From contig CAZSYN010000002.1 of assembly GCA_964610975.1 (NCBI GenBank), forward strand, positions 216,076 through 280,075: DNA of 64,000 bases, given 5' to 3'. Below the pieces are notes generated by a model. It saw only the letters and a program-made list of their open reading frames with translations, did no database searches and was not told the DNA's origin. Position 1 is the stretch's first letter; each line of letters opens with the position of its first letter. The translations under genes were made by a program, and so were the position numbers. Of this stretch, positions 57,095 to 64,000 are shown piece by piece. Source of the stretch: an uncultured Phycisphaeraceae bacterium. GTDB taxonomy: Bacteria; Planctomycetota; Phycisphaerae; WQYP01.

Positions 57095-57406
57095 ATCTCA
57101 TCAGAATACCAAATTCCGATCTTGCTCTGCAAGCGTGCCAAAATGACAGAAATGCAGAATTGCGACCATAAGTATATAGTTTACAAGTTATTACAGAAAT
57201 ATCGCGATTTATTTAGTTTTTCTTAAAGTTTTGGGACTACAACATCTTGTGGTGCAAAGAGGCGATAGACGCATTCTCCTTTGCGTATAATTGACGCATT
57301 TTTCAGCAAACAGGCACTCATTTTTGCCCACAAGATAGCAACTCTATGTTATAGGACGATGCAATAGGCGGCAATAGGCGGGAAATTGATGAGTTCAGCC
57401 AATGGG

Positions 57407-58255
57407 TTAGCGAACCGGCAGCGCAAAAACGTCGGCCACGATGTTGGCCATGCGCTGCGCGCCAAGATTTGATAAATGCAGTCCGTCAACAGTGGTGGCC
57501 TTGCCAAGAAAGACGAAAGACATGCGGTGCTTGGGAATCAGAGGGATATTGTATTTGAGCGCCAACTTGCGCTGAGCATTGCCGATGCCCGCATCCCAGG
57601 GATAAAGCGGTAACTCAAACATAACTACAGGATGCCCACTGAGTTGCGAAATCAACTGATCAAGATCACGGTAAAACAAGTCAGGATTCTGGCCATCAAG
57701 CAGATCGTTGCCGCCAATCTCAAGGAGCACCCAGTCATTGTTCTTCGGAATGCGCTGAACCTGCGGAAGCGCTGTGCGAAGCGTAGCCCCGGCAACAGCA
57801 TAATTATTCACAATGATGCGGCGTTGTTTTTCAAGCAGATCCGGCCAACGCACGTCGCCGATGCCGGCCGTCAGAGAATCGCCAACGATATACACTTGAT
57901 CCGGAGCGGCCGCTAACCGCGGAGTGCGCCACCAGTAGGCTTCCGCGGCCAAAAAAGTAACGGTCATCATCAGCACAATAATGTGAGCAATCTTCTGAAT
58001 GCGGATTATTCTGTCTGCCGGAAGATGCGTCATGATGAGCCAAAATACGATGACAAGTATAGCAACGATCAGGCGCGGCCGATCAATCGGCGTACCGGAA
58101 AGCACAATCAAGGTTAGCGCCAGGAACACAATAATATTGGTAACGATACGAAAACGCTTTGGCCAAAGCATGCGCACAAGCACAGCCAGAATAAGCAAAG
58201 CACCGCCACAATAAAGACTTAATCCGCTGGCGAAAAGCATCAAGAACGGGTTCAT
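57407..58255 (-). CDS. SGNH/GDSL hydrolase-family protein with N-terminal membrane anchor
   Basis: Four N-terminal TM helices, then VYIVGDSLTAGIGD (GDSL block I) and the ...GGNDLL... block. Confidence 0.6.
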   Translation of the reverse strand: MNPFLMLFASGLSLYCGGALLILAVLVRMLWPKRFRIVTNIIVFLALTLIVLSGTPIDRPRLIVAILVIVFWLIMTHLPADRIIRIQKIAHIIVLMMTVTFLAAEAYWWRTPRLAAAPDQVYIVGDSLTAGIGDVRWPDLLEKQRRIIVNNYAVAGATLRTALPQVQRIPKNNDWVLLEIGGNDLLDGQNPDLFYRDLDQLISQLSGHPVVMFELPLYPWDAGIGNAQRKLALKYNIPLIPKHRMSFVFLGKATTVDGLHLSNLGAQRMANIVADVFALPVR

Positions 58256-58267
58256 GCGGGCATCCTG

Positions 58268-61261
58268 TTAATTATCACGCATACTGCGCGTCAATTGAGT
58301 AAGAACGGCCGCGGCATCCTGGGCTGTGGCATACTTGCCAACCCTGATGCCGGCACGCAGTTCATCAATGGCCACAGGAAGGTCTTTTAACTTCTCGGTC
58401 ATGGCGAGAAATTCATCAGGCAACACTCCGCCGTGATCCTTTGTGCGAAAATCAAGCAGCCAGCGGCCCTTGCGCAACACCATCTGCATTCCGCTGCCGT
58501 TGGCAATAGTGGCGATATCACCATCAATTTGCCACTGCATGGCAGAAAGAGATATCACATCACGCGCAATGGTGCTGGTAAATGCACTTTGTGATTCATC
58601 TTTGCCAAAACGTTTTTCAGATTCACGATTGAGCAACTCAATGGCAACAATCAATCTCGCTATCACATCCGCCGCTTTCTGCTCAGCGACATCACCAGCA
58701 GTGACGTATAGGGCGGCCTTAACCGCGTCAACATCTTTTTTGCGGGCATCCTCGTATATCATCGCCAAAGAACCGACCGGCGTTTTGGGATCTGGCGCAA
58801 CAGAAGGAGACGATGCGGGTATGTTCTTCTTTGCAGGAATCGTGGACGGTTGAGGCGGAGCAACATTTGCGGGTTGCGCAGCGGGCGTATTGCGCATGGC
58901 CGCAGCAGGGGCGGCTTTGCCAGTGGCCAGCGAAACGGGCGCACGCGCAGGGATTGTGGCCGGGACAGGCGTATTGGGCGTTACTTTCAGGTTGTCAAAA
59001 GAGACCCACACACGCGGCCGCGACCAGAGTTCAAGCTTGTCAACTTCTTTCCACTGCACGGATGACCAGCATTGCAGATTATCATTACCGCCGCGATCAG
59101 GACCCTCCGCGCTGATAACCGGACGCGGCGCGCCGAGCATCGGCATCACGCGGCCATTTTTTAACTTGAGGACAAAATAATACTCCACGTTCTCGCGATA
59201 AGGGCACTGCGTCCACAAGCTGACGTTATTGGTGGCGCCAAATGACGTGCTTAACCGCAGGTCTACGTCGCCGATGCGCTGTTTTTCACGGGTGCGCTCT
59301 ACTTCACCGATCAGTTGCCCTTCTCCGCCATCAACGCCGACGCGGATGCGGGGACTGTTCAGGTTTACTTCATATGAAATTTGCGACCAGTTATCCGTAT
59401 TGTTATACGAACTGTTGCCGCGATTGCCGCGGCTGAAATTATCGTTGTTGCGGTTGCGATTTTTGGCATCCTGCGTGGCCGGCGGAATTTTAGGCGCACT
59501 GGCCTCAACAAGCACGCAGAAAGTACCGGAACCATTGCTCATATACCGCTCCGGCGGAACACCGCGAAGCGGATCACCCTGTGGATCCCACCAGCATAGC
59601 GCGCCCATATCGCTGCGCGAAATGGCCAGCACGCGAACGGTCACATCGCCGGCGGTCTTTTCCCACTCAGGCAGACCGGGTTTGTTGGTCATGAATGTTT
59701 TTTGCGCCTTACTTTCCCACGCCAGTGCGCGGTCGGCCACCCACCGGGCGGCATCAGGGCCGTATGTGGCCCAATTCCATCGTGAAATTTCACTGAGAGA
59801 CTGCATCACGCGTGCCTCGGGCATCGTGGCGCCGAAAGGCTCAAGCACCATGATCAGCACAAGCGACAGGTCATCCACGCGCACCGTGTCGCTGATCATC
59901 AGCAGAACATCCTGCTGGGCCAACTGCGTTTTGAGCTTGATGTCGCCGCGAAATTCCGCATTCGTGCGATACGGTTCACCAAGATACGCCCTGCCGTTAT
60001 CAAGTGTGGCGTTAATATTAAGCGCCAACTGGCGATCCGCGTTTGTGGTCAGTTGCGAAGCCTGCCCCTGCGTGCGCCAGTATCCCTGCATCCAGTTGAT
60101 GGGCAGCAGATCGTCGTCATTATCACGGCCGCCCTGCAAATATGGCAGTATATTGTACATATGAGAATTATTTTGTGTGATCTGCACATTGCGCGCCGCA
60201 TAGCCAAGCGCTTCGCGCGCGGGGCCAAACTGAATGGTGCGGACAAAGCGATGCAGATCAACGGCGGGCATGCGGTAAAGCGTGAATTTGCTGCTTTCTG
60301 ATTGCTCCGCACTGCCGATTGCGCGTAATTTATTGGCGGTAAATTCTTCCGTTATAAAAGCATAACCCGCAACATGCAGAGGACTGGCGGCATCCGCCGG
60401 CTGCATGGCCGGCTCAACAAGAATATTTGACGGCAATACAGTTGCCGGCGCCGCCGGCTGAAATGGCGGCGGCGGAATAACCACTTTGCTGGTGTTGCCG
60501 ATCCGGTTGACAACAAAACTTGTGATAATGCCGGCGGCAATAATCAGCACCAACACTGCGGCGGCGCGCCACAACAGGGGAAAACTGGACTGATGTCCCC
60601 AGGACATCAACAATCGCCGCAATGACGGCCTAAATTGCCTTGCCATCTCAGGAGCGGACAATGCCGATGCCACGGCGGATTCCGGCACAGGCAAGCCGGT
60701 TTCGGACAAAATCGCCTGCATCATAGCGTCACGGCCGAGGGCAAGGCCTTTTTTCTCAAGAAGACGATTGAGTTTTTCACACGCACGTGAGGAACGTTTT
60801 TCAAAAGTAGCCGGCGAAATAGCCAGAGCCGAGGCGGCATCAGCAGGCGAGTGTTTTTCAAAAAACGCACGCAACATGATTTCGCGATCACGTTCTCCCA
60901 GCCGCAGCAATGCGCCATCAATCTGCGAACGAAAATCGTTTTTGCATTCCGGCACGGCCGCGGCCGCCGGACGGGGCAGGGATTGCGCATTGCGCCGCTC
61001 TTTTGCCTGATGTTTCAGATGCCGCTGGCAGGCATGGCAAGTGACCTCATGCAGCCAACCGGCAACCGAAATGCGGTCAAGCAGCCGCGAGGCGCGATCC
61101 GCCAGAAGTAGAAAACTGGCGTGCGCAATTTTTTCAGCATCCTGCGGATCAACCTGCCGGCGCGCAGCCTGGTAAATCATGGCCGCGTGTCGCTGAATCA
61201 GTTGTTTTATCGCGGCGGTATCACCTTCAAGATACTGCTGCAAGAGTTGCTGGTCGGTCAT
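58268..61261 (-). CDS. ECF sigma-70 factor fused to a transmembrane segment and a ~740-aa extracytoplasmic domain
   Basis: N-terminus LQQYLEGDTAAIKQLIQRHAAMIYQAARRQV (region 2) and ILRAFFEKHSPADAASALAISPATFEKRSSRACEKLNRLL (region 4). A TM helix follows (AAAVLVLIIAAGIITSFVV). The large C-terminal region has no recognised domain; it contains a Pro/Ala-rich linker. Start chosen at MTDQQLL (61261); the track ORF extends to 61360. Confidence 0.65.
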   Translation of the reverse strand: MTDQQLLQQYLEGDTAAIKQLIQRHAAMIYQAARRQVDPQDAEKIAHASFLLLADRASRLLDRISVAGWLHEVTCHACQRHLKHQAKERRNAQSLPRPAAAAVPECKNDFRSQIDGALLRLGERDREIMLRAFFEKHSPADAASALAISPATFEKRSSRACEKLNRLLEKKGLALGRDAMMQAILSETGLPVPESAVASALSAPEMARQFRPSLRRLLMSWGHQSSFPLLWRAAAVLVLIIAAGIITSFVVNRIGNTSKVVIPPPPFQPAAPATVLPSNILVEPAMQPADAASPLHVAGYAFITEEFTANKLRAIGSAEQSESSKFTLYRMPAVDLHRFVRTIQFGPAREALGYAARNVQITQNNSHMYNILPYLQGGRDNDDDLLPINWMQGYWRTQGQASQLTTNADRQLALNINATLDNGRAYLGEPYRTNAEFRGDIKLKTQLAQQDVLLMISDTVRVDDLSLVLIMVLEPFGATMPEARVMQSLSEISRWNWATYGPDAARWVADRALAWESKAQKTFMTNKPGLPEWEKTAGDVTVRVLAISRSDMGALCWWDPQGDPLRGVPPERYMSNGSGTFCVLVEASAPKIPPATQDAKNRNRNNDNFSRGNRGNSSYNNTDNWSQISYEVNLNSPRIRVGVDGGEGQLIGEVERTREKQRIGDVDLRLSTSFGATNNVSLWTQCPYRENVEYYFVLKLKNGRVMPMLGAPRPVISAEGPDRGGNDNLQCWSSVQWKEVDKLELWSRPRVWVSFDNLKVTPNTPVPATIPARAPVSLATGKAAPAAAMRNTPAAQPANVAPPQPSTIPAKKNIPASSPSVAPDPKTPVGSLAMIYEDARKKDVDAVKAALYVTAGDVAEQKAADVIARLIVAIELLNRESEKRFGKDESQSAFTSTIARDVISLSAMQWQIDGDIATIANGSGMQMVLRKGRWLLDFRTKDHGGVLPDEFLAMTEKLKDLPVAIDELRAGIRVGKYATAQDAAAVLTQLTRSMRDN

Positions 61262-61461
61262 GATGACGGTCTGCCTTTCTGCACTCCGGCCATAATCACG
61301 TGGTGACATCCACAACATCCGCCGATGCACGCACGCAACACATATAGGATATAACGCCACTGAGGCTTATGTATTGACAAGACACGTGGCAGATTTGTAA
61401 ATTTCGCGCCGCTATGAACAGGATAACGCGGCCTATGGCAGACGTGCAAAAAAGTAGAGAA

Positions 61462-61920
61462 TCAATCTGAATTGGGCACAAGAGTCAGCACCCACTGGCC
61501 GGTGCTATCGCCGCCGGCCAGATCCTCCTGATTAACCGTCAGCATGCGCGTGGTGGCAAGAGAACGCGCATTAAATGTATCAACGCCATTTTCGACGATG
61601 CGCTCTTTGCACTCAAAGCTGATTTTACCGGTAAAACGATCCGCATCTGCTTGCTTAAACATCCCGGAGACCGTCACTTGCAGAGCGCCATACTGAATTT
61701 GCGAATAAAAAGGAATCCCCGGAATAAGCCCCACATGCATGGCTGTGACAGGCTCCTTTTCCGCGGTTGCCGGAGCAGTGGTTGCGGCCGCAGTTGCCGG
61801 CCGCCAGACGATATGCAGGACGTAATCCGGCTTGGCATCATGATCGCCGGCGGCATACACCGTCAGCGCGGCAATCCCGATGAGCAAAATTCCCAGTACC
61901 GGCATAAAGCGAAAATACAT
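61462..61920 (-). CDS. hypothetical secreted protein
   Basis: Signal/anchor MYFRFMPVLGILLIGIAALTVYA. About 150 aa. No recognised motif. Confidence 0.4.
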   Translation of the reverse strand: MYFRFMPVLGILLIGIAALTVYAAGDHDAKPDYVLHIVWRPATAAATTAPATAEKEPVTAMHVGLIPGIPFYSQIQYGALQVTVSGMFKQADADRFTGKISFECKERIVENGVDTFNARSLATTRMLTVNQEDLAGGDSTGQWVLTLVPNSD

Positions 61921-62131
61921 GACATGCTCCGAATATGATCCTGTTATCTTTAAATTGACAGGCATAATCACTTTACGTTAGTTGCGATGAATCACAATAG
62001 GCCCGCCAAAAACAATTTCAGAAGTTATAATGCGTCAGCAAGTGCCATAAGTTTGGGGCCATGCTACAATTCAGCAAGTGGATATGCGAAAATCACCTCA
62101 TCTCGGAATGCGGATGACAGAGGTCTTTTGT

Positions 62132-62680
62132 ATGCTGAAATTTCTGCCGGAGAAATATCGCAGCCTGCTTAAATCGCGGCCGGTCATTTATTCCGCCATT
62201 CTGATTTTTCTTGCCCTGATGACATTCTGCTTCAGCGTGGTCCGCTCAGCGCATTTTGACTGGAATGCACGCGATGTGAGCGAATTACAGATTCAACAGT
62301 TCGCCGTTTATGACAACGTAAGCCGGCCGCAACGCATCCTGAGCATTCAGGATGAATCACTGATCAGCGATATCCTGGGCAGCATTGAAAAATTACAGCC
62401 GCAACAGGCGCCGCGCGAACCGGCAGCAGGCAAAATCATCATTCTACGATTTCGCAGACAATCAGATAACCAGTGGAGCGCATATCAGTTGATGATAATC
62501 CCGGAAAAGCAGGACCAGGGTAAAAAACGCAAGGAATATATCGTATCACTGCTGCGCGATGCCGCATGGTTTGAGCTGGGAGATTATGACGGACCGGAAT
62601 TGGGAGAACTGCTTGATGCCACCGTTGCGCCGCCGCGGCCGGCAATGCCAAAACCAGCCGGCGCATCCCAGAAAAAATAA
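62132..62680 (+). CDS. hypothetical membrane-anchored protein
   Basis: Start MLKFLPEKYR is preceded by gacAGAGGtc. One TM helix (VIYSAILIFLALMTFCFSVV). Acidic C-terminal region. Confidence 0.4.
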   Translation: MLKFLPEKYRSLLKSRPVIYSAILIFLALMTFCFSVVRSAHFDWNARDVSELQIQQFAVYDNVSRPQRILSIQDESLISDILGSIEKLQPQQAPREPAAGKIIILRFRRQSDNQWSAYQLMIIPEKQDQGKKRKEYIVSLLRDAAWFELGDYDGPELGELLDATVAPPRPAMPKPAGASQKK

Positions 62681-62703
62681 GCCACACTCAAATACTCACG
62701 AAT

Positions 62704-63597
62704 TTACTGCGCACGCGCTTCGGGCTGAAAATCACCTTCAATCCGCGGACGGTGAATGACGTAATCAAGATTACTCAACTCAACAAAAACACAGGCGCTG
62801 CGGTCATCACGCCGCAAGGAAGACTGAATCGTAATCACAGGAATGGCCCAGCAGCGGGTTTTGAGTTCACCTGATTCAGAAACACCCGGACGCCATGCCT
62901 GAAAATCAAAATTCATACGGATGCTACGGCTGATTTTAACATCAAGAATCGCCGCGCTGCCCAGCGGCGTAAGCGTAACGGGCATGCTGGCGTCTTTACC
63001 GACGTCAATTGAGAATTTCTGCCACTTGCTCACCGGCGATTGCAGGCGCGTCCACTGTGGCCCCAGCGTTGTGTCATTCAGCTCATAGGCGCCGTATACA
63101 TAAATTTCCGCCTGCTTCTGCAATGCAATTTTATTCTGCGCCTCCTCAATCAGCGCCGGTATAGTGGCGATCCGCTCGCGGGTAATGCGATCTGATTGAG
63201 CGTCAATGGCCTTTTTGGCCAGCTTTAACAGTGCGCTTTCCGTGGTATTTTTAGATGCCAGAAATTCCGCCGCGGCCATACGCGCCTGCTGCGCCTGGCT
63301 ATTGATCACTTTTTTAATGGCCTGCTGAACGGCACCGTCATCGTAACGCGGCTCACTGTTAAAAAATGTTGTAAATAAATACTCAAAATCCTGATCGCGG
63401 ACGCTGAGTTGATAGCTCAATGTCGCGCTGCCGATTTGCCTGGCCGGCGAAGCGGCCTGCGCCATCAGCGGGGCAGGCCTACTCAACATACAAAATAAAG
63501 CGCCAAGCGCGATTCCCGCTTTTATGCGTATGTTGCGGGCACAATGACATGCCGCTTTATGATGAATCAACATGGCCGGCCTCTCAATTTTGTTCAA
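62704..63597 (-). CDS. hypothetical secreted protein
   Basis: Signal peptide ...GIALGALFCMLSRPAPLMAQA. 297 aa. No recognised motif. Confidence 0.4.
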   Translation of the reverse strand: MNKIERPAMLIHHKAACHCARNIRIKAGIALGALFCMLSRPAPLMAQAASPARQIGSATLSYQLSVRDQDFEYLFTTFFNSEPRYDDGAVQQAIKKVINSQAQQARMAAAEFLASKNTTESALLKLAKKAIDAQSDRITRERIATIPALIEEAQNKIALQKQAEIYVYGAYELNDTTLGPQWTRLQSPVSKWQKFSIDVGKDASMPVTLTPLGSAAILDVKISRSIRMNFDFQAWRPGVSESGELKTRCWAIPVITIQSSLRRDDRSACVFVELSNLDYVIHRPRIEGDFQPEARAQ

Positions 63598-63674
63598 AAC
63601 AGCAGCGACAAAGACGTGACCAGGTCACACGCGCATGCATGTTACATTCATGAGGCGTAAAAACAAGGCTCTTT

Positions 63675-64000
63675 TTATGCCGCTGATGAATTTACACTGA
63701 CATGCCACGTTGTTTTTTCAGATACCGGGCGACGTTTGCCAGCCGGCCATTCACCGCTGGGCCAGCCGACAAAAAAGAATCCCATCAATTTCGCCGGCGG
63801 ATTAAGTCCCAGTTTGGCGGCCACAACCGGATGATTCATCACGGCGTTTGTCGTCCATTTTGCGCCAAGCCCCAACGCGGAAGCCATCAGGTGCATGTTC
63901 TCAACCGCGCAGGCCACGGCCAGTTCTTCTTCAATTTCAGGCATGGCAAGGCTGCCGTCGGCACGCTGCGCCGGCGACATGGCAATCGCAATCCACGCGG
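63675..64000 (-). CDS. nitroreductase-family protein, C-terminal part (N-terminus beyond window end)
   Basis: ...AVENMHLMASALGLGAKWTTNAVMNHPVVAAKLGLNPPAKLMGFFFVGWP is the nitroreductase-fold C-terminus. The reading frame stays open to position 64000. Confidence 0.5.
   Translation of the reverse strand, partial: AWIAIAMSPAQRADGSLAMPEIEEELAVACAVENMHLMASALGLGAKWTTNAVMNHPVVAAKLGLNPPAKLMGFFFVGWPSGEWPAGKRRPVSEKTTWHVSVNSSAA

Noticed and set aside
1-64000. CRISPR arrays, rRNA, tRNA
   Set aside because: No regularly spaced short direct repeats, no rRNA-like conserved blocks and no tRNA-like T-loop (GTTCRANYC) in acceptor context were seen.

Overview
This 64 kb chromosomal window is GC-rich (~57%). 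It looks like a PVC-superphylum bacterium (Planctomycetota / Verrucomicrobiota / Lentisphaerota). The evidence for that is a pseudopilin-like protein with an N-terminal [13 protein letters not shown] prepilin-type segment and a C-terminal ...LYVDGH... motif of the DUF1559 kind, plus four proteins that end in VPEP / IPEP PEP-CTERM sorting signals.

Gene content, left to right:
(1) 1-15.2 kb: a Wzx/Wzy-type exopolysaccharide locus. All biosynthetic genes are on the minus strand and their start/stop codons overlap. The genes are a partial GT26 WecG/TagA-like transferase, a Wzy_C O-antigen ligase/polymerase, a polysaccharide pyruvyl transferase, a Wzx flippase, a GT9 transferase, a CpsB-type PHP tyrosine phosphatase, a Wzc BY-kinase with a YGYGYGYG tail, an outer-membrane beta-barrel candidate and a priming sugar transferase. 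They are divergent from a plus-strand ECF sigma / zf-HC2 anti-sigma / Wza unit. The anti-sigma factor ends in a PEP-CTERM signal.
(2) An FAD oxidoreductase, then rpiB and a YrdC(TsaC)-LMW-PTP fusion.
(3) 19-33 kb: a nearly complete S10-spc ribosomal protein cluster on the minus strand, rplC through rplO, then secY-adk-map. There is no S10 or L30 gene. Several r-proteins carry Lys/Ala-rich extensions. Intrinsic terminators and a MITE-like element interrupt the cluster.
(4) 33.6-36.8 kb: an accessory patch. A zinc-ribbon membrane protein is flanked by ~100-nt direct repeats that carry a long hairpin. A structured RNA-like motif and an isochorismatase-family hydrolase follow.
(5) topA, a higBA toxin-antitoxin pair with a start-codon-overlapping operator palindrome, metY, and a MetX-MetW fusion.
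(6) A PAP2 phosphatase divergent from a GT83 ArnT/PMT-like glycosyltransferase.
(7) Two PEP-CTERM secreted proteins (one with dockerin-like Ca-binding repeats), the DUF1559 pseudopilin-like protein, a two-domain hypothetical (P-loop-like plus nucleoside 2-deoxyribosyltransferase-like), a PEP-CTERM trypsin-like protease, an RNHCP-domain protein, folC, and an SGNH hydrolase.
(8) A 997-aa ECF sigma factor fused to a transmembrane segment and a large extracytoplasmic domain, then three small secreted/membrane hypotheticals and a partial nitroreductase.

I saw no rRNA, tRNA or CRISPR array. All homology statements come from reading motifs by eye; no searches were run.
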